A stretch of DNA of 64,000 nt from assembly GCF_004010195.1 (NCBI RefSeq), contig NC_057719.1:76747273-76811272 (forward strand), in the 5' to 3' direction. How positions within the stretch are numbered: the stretch's first letter is position 1; the number at the start of each line of letters is the position of its first letter. The position numbers and the translations under genes were made by a program. Positions 52,232 to 64,000 of this stretch are shown piece after piece. The notes beneath the pieces were generated by a model. That model searched no databases and was not told where the DNA came from. It was given only the letters and a program-made list of their open reading frames with translations. The stretch is from Chiloscyllium plagiosum. Taxonomy: Eukaryota.

Positions 52232-55023
52232 TGCAGTGATTGTAAAAAGGTCAGCCAGGTGTGTTCCCTGATTGGGGCTGTTAACCTGGTCCAATTAGGA
52301 AACCCTGATATAAACAGGAATCTCAGAGTCTGGTCAGTCAGAGCTGGTTCTGAGGTAGCCAGACCAGTGTCAAGTACTGTGCACGTGTAAGTAAAGGGCA
52401 ACTTGGTGATGGGATACCGACCTCTGTGGAGTTATTTCAGTGGTGGCGAGAGAAAAAAAAAATAAGCTGCTGAAGTAACTTGCTCGCAACAGTCATTTTT
52501 GAGTTGGGGTAAATGCCACAATTTCGGGAAGCTTGACTCATTTGATCCTGCTGAAGACTGGGCCCAGTATCTGGAAAGAACATGTTTGTTTTCCAAATTG
52601 GGGCAGATGACAAGTAATAAGTAATTCTCCTGGCAGCTTGTGGACTGGCAGCTTTTTTGGTTATTAGGAACCTAATATTTCTGAGGCATCAGATATCAAA
52701 ACCTTTCAAAAGTTGACCGAACTTAGGTCATTCCTTGGACTCCATTCTGGTACCCGTTCATCAGCTATTGAAAAAAGTTCATCCTTGGAAATGGTGTTGT
52801 AGCCAGGGCGTAGTCTTGAGGGGAATGAAGAAGCAGCTATCATTGTCTAAGGTGTTGGCACACTATGAACACAAGCGAGATCTGGGACTGACATGTGATG
52901 CTTCCCCATACAGTATAGGGGTAGTGTTGGCTCATAGATCGCCTAATAGAGAAAAACACCTAATAGCATACGCTTCCCAGACTTTGGCTGATGCAGAGCG
53001 CAAGTACGCCCAGATAAAGGAGGAAGGTTTGGCAAGCATCTTTGGTGTGAGAAAGTTCCACCAATACAGGTGTAAACTTGTAATAGTAATAGATTACAAA
53101 CCGCTGCTAGGGCTACTCAAACATGTCTCACCTGACAAAGGACAAACACTCCTAAAGCTTGTGCTTTCAAATAAACCTGTTGCACTATAAACTGGTGTTG
53201 TGTGACTTCTGACCTTGTCCAGGCCAGTCCAATACCGGCAACTCCACATCAAAGAGGCCGTGCAATCCATTGCTTCAGATCGAAATCAGCAGTAGAATCT
53301 CATTCTGACAGCGTATAATTACAAGTTGGAACACTGACCGGGAGACCAAGTAGCAAATGCAGATGCCTTGCGCTGCCTCCCACTACCGGTGGTGCCTCCC
53401 CTGGGAGAGTCCATTTTGGTTTTTAACTTTCTGGTCACCCTTCCGGTCACTGCTGACAATATCAGACTGTGGATGCAGAAAGATCCAGTCCTGGTAAAAC
53501 TAAAACAGCTGGCAGTGATGGGGGAAATGAAAGGGCTGTCACAGCCAGAACTGAATCCTTTCCAGACCTCTCAAGTCCAGATCACCATAGAGGACAGCAA
53601 TTTATTATGGGTAGCAAGAGTGATCCAGGGATTTCCAAAATGAAGACGTTGGCTAGAAGCAATGCCTGGTTGGCCAGGATTGGATGCCAACATAGCTGTA
53701 TTGGTGGTGCAGTGCCCAGAGTGCCAACAAGGACAAAATTTACTGCCAGCAGCTTCTCCACATTGGTGAGAATAACCAGGTAAACCCTGGACTCAGTTAC
53801 ATGTCTATAATGCTGGCCCTTTCATCAGCTCAATGTTCCTAGTCATTGTGGACACCCACTCAAAGTGGTTGGATGTGCGTTGAGTTCATTCATGAAACAC
53901 GGGGATGATCAGAGAAAAGCTGAAAGCATCTTTTGCAACACAGAGTCTCCCGGAAGTGCTAGTCACAAGACCATGGGCATCATGAATAGCAGGGAATGAG
54001 TATTGCCTAAAGTCGAATGGCATTTGGCACATAAGAACAGCTTGATACCATCCAATGTCCAATGGTCTGGTGGAAAGAGCATGCCAAACTTTGAAGGCAG
54101 GCTCAAAGAAACAGTCTACAGCCTCTCTTCATAGCAAAGTGTCCCATTTCCTACTTGATTATAGGGCCACCCCTCATGCAACTACAGGGATAACTTCAGC
54201 AGAGATGCTAATGGGGAGAAGACTCTGCACCAGCCTGGACACAAGACTGTTAAGGAAGAGAAGCAGTTTACTTCAAGTAACAAAGTTTGATGCCAAAACC
54301 ACAGGAATGGCCCTGCATATTTGGATATGTGAGGCAGTCCTGAACAAGCACATAGACCACATGAAAGCTAAAAACTTGCAAACTGGAGAGGAGCAAACTG
54401 CAGCCAGCCCCTCAGAACAACTGGAAAGGCTTTCTGAACATGTGGGTTCTCCCTCTCCATCCAGCGTTGAAGAAACCTCAGAATCTGAGATGGATACGGT
54501 GGATGTCGCAGCCTCAATGCCTTTACTGCCTAAAGAGGATGAATTTCTTCTGAGTCGCTCAGGGCGTAAGAGATGGGCTACAGTCCAGTACACACCACCT
54601 GTATTGGAAGCCGAGTTGGAAGCATCTGACCCTGTGTAAAAATATACCCCAGGAGAGGCTACAAGAAAATGAACAGGCCTTCGACCCTGCACTTAGAGGG
54701 TGTGGGGTGTAGTGATTGTAACGAGGACAACTGGGTGAACCTCACAATATGGTCCAATCAGGGAGCCCCATCTGACAGATATAAACAGGAATGAGTGTCA
54801 GAGGTTCTGTTCACTCTGACAGCTGGCTGTGAGGGAGCTGGATCAGTGTCAAGGACTCTCCGTTTGTAAATAAAGGGTGACTTGGTGATCAGAAAAAAAA
54901 GGAGGGTCAGAGGCTCTGTTCACCCTGACAGCAAACACTGAGGAAGCTGGACCAGTGTCAAGCACTATGCACATTTAAGTTAAGGTTGTTTTGGTAATGG
55001 GATACCTCTGTGGAGTTATTTCA
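52232..55023 (+). mobile_element. Internally deleted, decayed Gypsy-like LTR retrotransposon inserted in a CR1 3' end
   Basis: TG...CA LTRs 52232-52439 and 54708-55023; PBS-like tggtggcgagag at 52441; purine-rich tract 54695-54707; TSD aaatg/agatg; CDASPYSIG, IAYASQTL..AERKYAQ, SNGLVERA, DYRATPHATTG; CR1 host at about 52030-52231 and 55024-55330. Confidence 0.9.
53121..53250 (+). mobile_element. Probable PLE family 3 3' end inserted in Gypsy RNase H region
   Basis: cacctgacaaagga...ctcctaaagcttgtgctttcaaataaacctg...ccagtccaataccggcaactccacatc; similar tail at about 26500-26543. Confidence 0.6.
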
Positions 55024-55329
55024 AGATGTTTCCCCTAGTTATGGAGTCTAGATTCAAGGACCTTCATTTGAAAATAATGGAACTGCAATTTAGGACTGAA
55101 AAAAGAATTTTTTTATAAATCGAGATAGAAGCAAATCTTTGGAATTCCCTATACCAAAGGACCATGGAAAAGCAATGTTTAAGTGTATTTAAAGTTGAGG
55201 TTGATACATTCTGGATTATTAATGGCCTAAAGGATTCTGAAGAATTTGACAATAAAAGGCACTGAGGGGTTTGGTCAGCACAACTGTATTAAATAGTGGA
55301 ACAAGTGGAATGCGATGAAATGCCTACGC

Positions 55330-55815
55330 CAGGTCAGGATGGTGAGTGGCTTGGAAGGGAATGTGAAGGTGGTGGTGTTCCCATGTATTTTTGCTGCCCT
55401 TGTCCTAGATAGTAGTGGTCACGAGGGAAGATGCTTTCTGAGGAGCCGTGGAAAACATTTGCAGTGCATCTTTTAAATTGCACACACTGCTGCTGCTGAT
55501 CGTCAGTGGTGGAGGGAGTGAATATTTGTGGATGTGGTGCCACTACAGTGGTCTGTTTTGTCCTGGATGGTGTCAAGTGTCTTGAGGGTTGTTGGAGCTG
55601 CACCAATCCAGGCAAGTGGGGAATACTCTTGACTTGTGCCTTGTAGATGGTAGACTCGCTTTGGGGAATCAAGAGCGGAGTCAATCTTGCCTCTCACCTG
55701 CTCTTGTAGTCATTCTATTTATAGGGCTTCTGGCCAATAGTAATGCCCAAGACATTGACAGCAGAGGATTTGGTGATTATGATGCCATTGAATGTTAATG
55801 GACAATGGCTAGATT
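55330..55815 (-). mobile_element. Family B CR1-type LINE 3' fragment
   Basis: STIYKAQVK, EYSPLAWIGAAPTTLKTLDTIQDK match the 16773-17057 ORF. Confidence 0.8.
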
Positions 55816-55953
55816 GTAGATCTCTTCTCACCTCACTAAGGTCAAACTCAGATGAAAGGACAGTGTTCAAATTCTTTGGGCAAAGCATTGTTTAAAATAA
55901 AAATGGAATTTAACTTTTTACAACCATCATGGATAGAGGAGGGAAAAAAATGC

Positions 55954-55992
55954 TAGAGAGTGAGAGAGAGAGACACACACACACACACAGAG
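55954..55992 (+). repeat. (GA)n(CA)n microsatellite
   Basis: Direct reading. Confidence 0.85.
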
Positions 55993-56793
55993 ATTAACCT
56001 TTGAGATAATGCAGAATTGGAATCTGGTTTATTAAACTCCGTATCATCAACAGGTCAGTACCAGAGATGAGGCAGGCTAGATGCAGGTCCTGATTGATAA
56101 ACTGAGAAAGTGCTACTGCTCAGATAAAATGTAGCTGCAGTCTCTTGTTCCATTTGTGACGGAATAGGCTATGCTTTGGGAAGTGCGCCATCTTGTGTCC
56201 TAAATGAGCAGTGGCAAATCAAGCCCTCTCATAAGTCATCAATCTACCTGCTGAGGGTTAAAATGCCTCATGTGATTCTCCGTTAACTGGTCACCCGCGA
56301 GTCATTCACTGTCATTAACAGACAGCAGCTACTTAGGAGCACGCTAAAACAGAGAGAAGGCTAGAGATTGTCAAACATAAAAGCAAAGCACAGAGGGTCA
56401 TTTGAAACTGGAGAAATGTTGAAATTGTAAACATTTCACAGGATTGATGAAAATTCTAACACATTTTGGTAACAACTAAAATATGGACTATGTCTTGAAG
56501 AGGGGAGTGAGACAGATTTGCTGGAAGCCAGGGTATCATTAATGTTAAGAGTTTCTTTGTCAATTTGATATCACCGCTTTAGTTGAAGTAAGTTATATCT
56601 AGTGGAACAGAGGACAGAAGTAGTGAGACATAAAGCACAAATTGCGCAGATGAATTCTGATGAATATCAAACTACCTTTTGGTCATTACTGCCTTCAGTA
56701 TACTTACTATCAAAAATATGTACAACATTTGCCTCACTAGAAATGACACTTGATGTTCCAATTACTAAAGCCATGTGTTGCTGCAGTACTCAC

Positions 56794-56916
56794 GCTGGAT
56801 TGCCCTGAGTCTCGGGATGATGGTAGGACTTGCTGGAGGACTTGACTTGCTGCTGATCAGACTCTTCCTCTTATCCAGAGTGGGGGAGGCCTGCACGGTG
56901 ATCTTATGCTGGAAAT
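56794..56916 (-). CDS. MAP3K9: MAP3K9 coding exon, second half of CRIB motif
   Basis: [41 protein letters not shown]; acceptor ctacag, donor gtgagt; 123 bp, phase 1 to 1; not called as an ORF in the track. Confidence 0.95.
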
Positions 56917-57230
56917 CTGTAGGATATTTGAAGGCCAAAAGAATTCAAGAAGAGTTGGAGAGAGTTGTGGTCATGGGGATGAAGTTGGGGAGGGTGGAGG
57001 AGGAAGAAACAGTGGACAAAAAGGGTGCAGAGAGCAGGAGAGGAGAGAGAGAGAGAGAGAGAGATGGGTACGAAGAAGAGAGACTTAAGAATGGTTACCT
57101 GCCTTTCAAACACTTGAGAACTTTTACCAGCATTCCCTGTTATTGACTGAGTAAAGCATCCAACACTGCCATTTGGTGAGAATGTTTGGGGATAGGTTCT
57201 GGAGGGGGACAACAAAAGAATGCAACCTAC

Positions 57231-57471
57231 CAGAGGGCAGACTGATGCGGTTGCCATCCTTGAGCTTGAGCCTGCTCTTCTTGAAGTTGCCTTTGCGTTT
57301 CTTCACCTTGGGCTTCTCCTGGTGGAGTTGGTGGAAGATGATGTTGAGCTCCCGTTCCAGAATGTCAATCTCCCGCTCAGCCAGCTCCTGCTCCCGGCGT
57401 CGCAACACCTCCTCGTGGTTCTTCTGCTGCAAGGCAGCGCGGGACAGCTCCTCCTCCCAGGTGCGTAATTC
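57231..57471 (-). CDS. MAP3K9: MAP3K9 coding exon, second leucine zipper, basic region, first half of CRIB
   Basis: [45 protein letters not shown]...[12 protein letters not shown]; acceptor aaccag, donor gtaggt; 241 bp, phase 0 to 1. Confidence 0.96.
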
Positions 57472-57789
57472 CTGGTTAAGATGGAATGATTGCTGGTGAC
57501 AGAATTAAAGCGAAAGAAAAAAAAAACTGGTGCAACTGGCCAAGCTAAAACCCACTACTGGGGTCAGTTACTGTTCTTTGCCTCTGGGCGCAGCTCAGAG
57601 TCTCAGCTGTTGATTGTTGATTAAAAAAACAACAATCTGGTTCATTAATGTCGATTAGGAAAGGAAATCTACAGTTCTTACTTGGTTTGGCCTATATGTG
57701 AATCTTAATTGCCCTCTGGGCAGTGCTGCCCATGTCGTACAAATGAATTAAAACAAAAATTGAGACTTAAGTAGATGGAAAGGCCAGTG

Positions 57790-58718
57790 GTGAGGTTGAC
57801 ACAAACAGTCTGCAGAGAAATACACACAAGTTAAGCTCAGTGGGCAACAACTTGGCAAATGAATTATAATCTTAGGAAATGTGAGGTTATGTATTTTGGC
57901 AGGAAGAATAGATTAGCTGAATATTACTTTAAAGGAGAAAGATTACAGAAAAGGTACAGAACACAGATTTGGGAGTTCTTGTAAATAAATCACAAAAAGC
58001 CAGCATACAATTTCATCTGGAAATAGGGAAGGCAAATGGAATGTTGGCCATTATTTCAAAGGGACTGAGTGTAAAACTAGGAAAGTGTTGCTAAAACTAG
58101 TTAGACCACAGCTGGAATACTGTGAACAGTTTTGAACCTCTTGTCGAAGGAAAGGTATGAACAAAGAACAGTACAGCACAGGAACAGGCCCTTTGGCCCT
58201 CCAAGCCTGCACCGCCAAATGTTGCCCTTCATTGACACTGGAGGCAAGCTAGAATAGGTTCACTAGGCTGACCCAAAATATGCAGGAACTGACTTATGAG
58301 GGGAGCTTGAGTAGGTCGTGCCTGTCCCCATTGGAATGAGAGGAGATCTTATTGAAACATATAGGATTCTTAGCTGACTTGACAGGGTAGACTCAGAAAG
58401 GTTGTTTCCTCCTGGGGGAGGGTCTAGGACCAGACAGCATAATCTCACCGTAAAGGGTCACCCATTTAAGATAGCGATGAGGGAGAATTTCATCTGTCAG
58501 AAAGCAGAATTCTTTACTGCAGAGGGCTGTAGAGGTTGGGTCCTTAAGTACATTCAAGGCTGGGATAGACAGATTTTTAATGAGTCAGGGAGTCAACAGT
58601 TAGGGGGAAAGGACAGGAAAGTGGAGCTAGAAGTGATCAGATCAGCCATGGTCTCATTGAATGGTGGAGCAGAATCGATGGGTTGAATGGCCTACTTCTG
58701 CTCCTATGTCTTATGGTT
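57790..58718 (+). mobile_element. CR1 LINE 3' region with a short reverse-oriented retroposon tail at about 58158-58232
   Basis: ttagaccacagctggaatactgtg (RPQLEYC), agaggagatcttattgaaacatatag, tail gaatggcctacttctgctcctatgtcttatg. Confidence 0.78.
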
Positions 58719-59110
58719 GGTGTAACGCATATGATATTTGTGTTCTGCAAGCTGGCTCATCAACCAATGATCATTTCACTTAATGTTAAGGCAACTCGGA
58801 TTTTCAGTCCCTTAAAACGGTGGATCCTCTGATCTCAACAATCCAAGGTTGGCGAGAAACGCTACTCTGATTTGCTTTATCCTACTGTCCATTCTATTCA
58901 ACCCACACAATAATGGGAGTCAAAGCTGGAACTTTATAATATCGATGGTAAAATGTACCAGCAGATTGTGCCTACATTAGCTCACTTGGCTATTCGTACA
59001 GAGGCAGAAGAATCAATGTCATACAGACATTCAAAGGTTGGTAAGCAGGATATTTTGAGCATTTGGAGCATTTGTATTTCAAGTGAAGAGTACATTAATC
59101 TCCCACTCCA

Positions 59111-59720
59111 AGTGGCATGGTGGCTCAGTGGTTAGCACTGCTGCCTCACAGCGCCAAGGACCCTGGTTCGATTCCAGCCTCTGGCGCCTGCTTGTGTGAA
59201 GTTTGCATGTTATAAAACCAGAAGACATAAAAGCAGAACTTAGGCCATTGAGTCTACTGCGCTGTTCAATCATGGCTGATAGGTTTCTCAACCCCATTTT
59301 CTCACTTTCTCCATGTAGCCCTTGACAATCAAGAACCTATCTATCCCCATCTTAAATATACACAATGACCTGACCTTCCCAGCTTTGTGGCAGTGAATTC
59401 CATAGATTCGCCACACCCTAGCTGAAGAAATTTCTTTTACGAGGTCTTCCCATTACAGTAAGGCTGTGCCTGTATCTGCATGGATTTCCTCCAGGTGCTT
59501 CAGTTTCTTCCCACAGTCAAAGATGTCAGGTTGGATGGATTGGCCATGCTAAATTGCCCATAGTGTCTAGGTTTTTGCAGGCTAGGTGGATTAGCCTGGT
59601 AAATGCAAGGATACAGGAATAGGGTATGAGAATGGGTCTGAGGGGGCTGCTGTTTGGAGGGTCGGTGTGGATTTGATGGGCCGAATGACTTGCTTCCACA
59701 CTGCAAGGATGCTATGATTC
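59111..59720 (+). mobile_element. HE1-type SINE split by a minus-strand CR1 3' end (about 59211-59465)
   Basis: Head and core stop at gtttgcatgt (59210) and resume at cctgtatctgcatggatttcctcc. Confidence 0.85.
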
Positions 59721-60174
59721 TTCTTCCCTTTTGTCATGCTTTGTGGCATAAGAACTGGAAAAAGCATATGCTTACATCTGTTCCCACAGGTAGGTTTTAC
59801 ATATTGCAGGTTGCCAAAGTTGTAACTTGCGGGGATCTATTGCCATTCAAGCATTGCTGACCGGAGTATTCTCCTGAATTTACCACCTGCCATGGGTGTA
59901 TCAGACAAAATTTACGGGTCAATTTGTTCAGCTACATTCAGAATACAGCAACTTTTGAACTTGCAATCTTTGGCCTGGAGATTGGGACCCTACAGATGTG
60001 CTAGATGACTTTCAAATAAGCCTCACGAAGACTCAGTTGGAAAGTGATGATCTGTTCTCGAACTAGGAAACCTACAGAGCACAACAGAGAGCGATGCACT
60101 ATATTGCTATTGCTTCACCCAGTGGTGCTGAATTACACAAAGGGACATTACACCCGGTTCAGCCTCATTGGTTA

Positions 60175-60540
<366 letters not shown>

Positions 60541-60951
60541 CTACTGGTCTCCTTGCCAAGGAAGAGGTTACAATATGAGGCCAACATTTTTATAGTTTAG
60601 CATTTAGATGTTTGGCAAAGCATCAGCAATGTTATGGTGCACCATTTTCAAACCTGAAACACTGGGCATTGGTACGTCACCAACTCATACCTCATGCAAA
60701 TATTTAAAAGAATATCTATTTGTTCTCCTCAATCGCACCCTTAATTTTGAACTGGTAGGTAAGGAAGGCAAGAAAGGGAATTAGGATCTATGATAGAATG
60801 GAATATATCATCAGGACAGCTTTCTAAACTAGTCTTTAAACAGCAGGGAAAGTGAAGCTCAAAATTGGAGAAAACGTGTTAAATCAAATGGCAGTTCTTT
60901 GACAAAGAGATAACATGTCAGAAATATGAATTCAATTTAATCCTGTGGTTA

Positions 60952-61179
<228 letters not shown>

Positions 61180-61418
61180 TTAATTTTTAAAAAGTCTTAA
61201 TTGCATAAAACCTCGTAGCATTTAATATAAAAGATCTCGTATTCAGGGCTGGATTCTACACTGACTATACTATTCTGAATGTGACCACTTGTGGGGGGAA
61301 ATCTCCCATTATGCAGTCAACAACGTGTGGAATTGAGACACACTTGGGCTGGGGGAAGGTCTCTCTTTCTCACATGATTACATGACTCAGCTTATCATAC
61401 ACGCAACACGAGAGAAAC

Positions 61419-61650
61419 ATAGTGTCATAGAGATGTACAGCACAGAAACAGACCCTTCAGTCCAACTCAACCATGCCAACCAGATATCCAAACTTAATCT
61501 AGTCACATTTGCCAGCACTTGGCCCATATTCCTCTAAACCCTTTCTATTCATATACCCATCTAGATGCCTTTTAAATGCTGTAACTGTACCAGCCTCCGC
61601 CACTTCCTCTGGCAGCACATTCTATACACACAACCCTCTGAATGAAAAAT
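61419..61650 (-). mobile_element. CR1/HER1-type LINE 3' end
   Basis: catagagatgtacagcacagaaacagacccttc. Confidence 0.8.
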
Positions 61651-61841
61651 GGCAAATTCTGGGCTGAGGTCAGCAGGAAATCAATGCCCTGCAGTTGCAA
61701 TGAAATGGGTCAAAGGCTCAATAATTAAAAGGGTCAGGCATTTACTCACTGCAAGCTAGAAGCTAACACTCGGGCTCCTGGACGGGGAAGCCTGCAGTAA
61801 ATATTCTGACGTTTCCCTGGTCGGCAGGCATCCTTTCCTAG

Positions 61842-62190
61842 AGGCTGGAAGAACACAGCAAGCCAGGCAGCATCAGGAGGTGAAGAACGCAATGTTTCGG
61901 GTATATCCCATTTTCAGGAATGGAGCTGGAGTGGGTAGGGGGGCTGCAGATAAAGGTGGTGGTGGGAGGGTTTTGGGTGGGGAGAGGGGTGGAACGGTGA
62001 GGTAGCGATAAGAGAATCTGGTTGGTAGCTGGAAGGAAGGGTCAGCAAGTGGAATGGAAGGGAGGAGGCGGGCCTGGAAATGGAGTCGTGGAGGAGATGG
62101 GTGGGCAGGTTATTTGAGATTGGAGAACTCAAAATGTTGAGTCCCAGGCAGAAATATTGGATTCCAGCATCTGTAGTTTTTTTTTTGTCT
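61842..62190 (-). mobile_element. Decayed PLE 3' region with degenerate hammerhead core (61891-61917)
   Basis: Similar to family 1 pseudo-LTR; core reads CUGAAAA-U-GGG-auaua-CCC-GAAA-CAUU, lacking G8. Confidence 0.6.
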
Positions 62191-63059
62191 CCTTTCCTAG
62201 ACCCTCTGCCACCTTGTTTGATCAGATCCCCATCCTTGGTCATCCACAATTTCCCGTAGGCATGACACTCCAGCTTTCCGTACTCCCTCACCACCAAACC
62301 CCCCACCACCCCCCCTCACCCCAGTCAATCATCTTTCATGGCCTGTGCTTCATAGACTCTGATCTCAAATAAGGTAAGGCACAGACAAACCCTCCTCAAA
62401 GAGGGAGACAACTCACTTCAAAGTCAAGCAGGTAAAGCACGTCACCCACTGGATGCCTCTTATGTGGTCAGGATTCATAAAGGCACAGTCAGCTCTCTCA
62501 TGGAGAACTTAATTGGAAAGGGGAAACTTAATTCTGGTGAGCAGGCCTTTTAATGAGCATAACATGAAATGCAAAAGTAAGGATAAATGTTTCCACATCC
62601 TGCTGTTGGGGAGCTTGATTCATCACAGAGGTTCTGAGAACTTAATTGCAAATTAAGTTCATAGTCCCCTGATCTTGGACCTCTCACCCAACGAAGTTCT
62701 CCCATCCGCCAGGAATTCCACTCTCGGGACTATTCATCAAACAAAAATTGAACAGTTCCTGTTAAAAAAATTGTTCTGTCTGTGTTTTGTTTGTCTCAGA
62801 AAACAGAACAGCCAAGTTCTGGAGTCAGATTCTTAGTTTCAAACCTGATGAGTGTTGGTTCTTCATCTTTAATAGAAAAGTATTTATAGACCTGTCCAAA
62901 ACAGTAAATGCATAGCAACCGAATTCTGAGCACTGCTTTGAGCAGGGACACAGGTTCAAAACTGCCTCAAGCTCAGGACAAGTATTCTTCACACAAAGAA
63001 TGATCCAGATATAGAACAGATCCTACATCAGTAAAGGAAGCTAGTCAAAGCGAGATCAG

Positions 63060-63612
63060 CTATTGTTAGACAGACCACAACTGGAGTACTGTGCGCGTTC
63101 TGGTCACCTCACTACAGGAAGATTGCGATAGCATGATCTGAGGTATAGAGGAGGTTCACCCAGAATGTTGCCTAGTGTGAATTGAGCTATAAAGGAGACA
63201 CTAAATAGGCTTGGATTGTTTTCTTTACAACAGAGAGGTCGGAGGAAGGGACCTCATTGAGGTGTATAAAGATTATGAGGAGTATGGATAGGGTGAATAG
63301 AGAGCAGACCCCTTGACTGAGGGGTCAATCATGCGATGGTATAATCTTAGGGTAAGGAGATTCAGTCAGGATTTGGGGGGAAAAAAAACTTTTTCACTCA
63401 GCGGGAATCTAGAAGGCACTGCCTGAGAAGGCAGTGGAAGCCAGAAACCTTATAACCTTTTAAAAAAAAAAAAATTTGTATGACCAATTCAAAAATCACA
63501 ACATTCAAGGATATGGGACAGGTGGAAAATATTGGGAATTAGCACAGTTTTAGTGGTAGTTCTGTTGGTGCAGACTAGATGGGCTGAAGGGCCTTTCTGC
63601 ATTATAAATCTA
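63060..63612 (+). mobile_element. CR1 LINE 3' fragment
   Basis: agaccacaactggagtactgtgcgcgttctggtcacctcactacaggaag; tail gatgggctgaagggcctttctg. Confidence 0.75.
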
Positions 63613-64000
63613 CATAGGGCTTTGTTGGGTAAAACCAGGAGAATGAGGTACATTAATGACAGGGCAAGGGGGCTGAGTAATGTAGCTTTCTTTAAATGAA
63701 CAAATACATCTTCCTTGTCCATATCCACCTTTTGGGATAGCTTCTCGCCTCATAAAGAATTGCAGCTTTCATACTCACAACATCCTCTGTAAGTAATGAG
63801 CTTGATGTTTGGAAAGTATCCAGAGTTGCAGATTGCAAGTGAGCTTTCTGTGTGTCTGGACAACAACTGCTAAAATAAACATTTTCAAAACGTACACATG
63901 CACAATACCTGAGGCAGCGGTGGGGGCAAGAGAGTGGTTGGATATAGTTTGTGTCTTAATAGTATAGCTTCTTGAGCCAGAGATTCAGAAATGACCTTCT

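Noticed and set aside
56775..57499. Plus-strand ORFs of 82-123 aa (also 38404, 38912, 40925)
   Set aside because: Antisense shadows of MAP3K9 exons or microsatellite translation

Overview
Eukaryotic, repeat-rich vertebrate DNA, inferred to be shark (elasmobranch) from HE1-type SINEs, SacSINE1-type DeuSINEs and abundant CR1 LINEs. The only well-supported host gene is the 3' part of MAP3K9 (MLK1) on the minus strand. Eight coding exons (61153 down to the TAG at 36619) splice in frame with GT-AG sites and encode the end of the kinase domain, the leucine zippers, the CRIB motif and the C-terminus ending in FWS*. An apparently ~7.4 kb 3'UTR with no recognisable transposons follows. Positions 1-29100 and the introns are a mosaic of nested retroelements: HE1 SINEs, two CR1-type LINE families, one L1-clade LINE, two decayed Gypsy elements and three Penelope-like element (PLE) families. 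The most unusual signal is a set of minimal hammerhead ribozyme cores in PLE pseudo-LTRs. These include short palindromic insertions, one with perfect 81-bp arms and a 15-bp target-site duplication (TSD) in a MAP3K9 intron and one with complete cores on both strands. Also notable are a decayed tRNA-Asn directly 5' of a HE1 SINE and a candidate cassette exon. PLE hammerheads are a known class, so I cannot claim a new system from sequence alone. Repeat boundaries were read by eye and are approximate.
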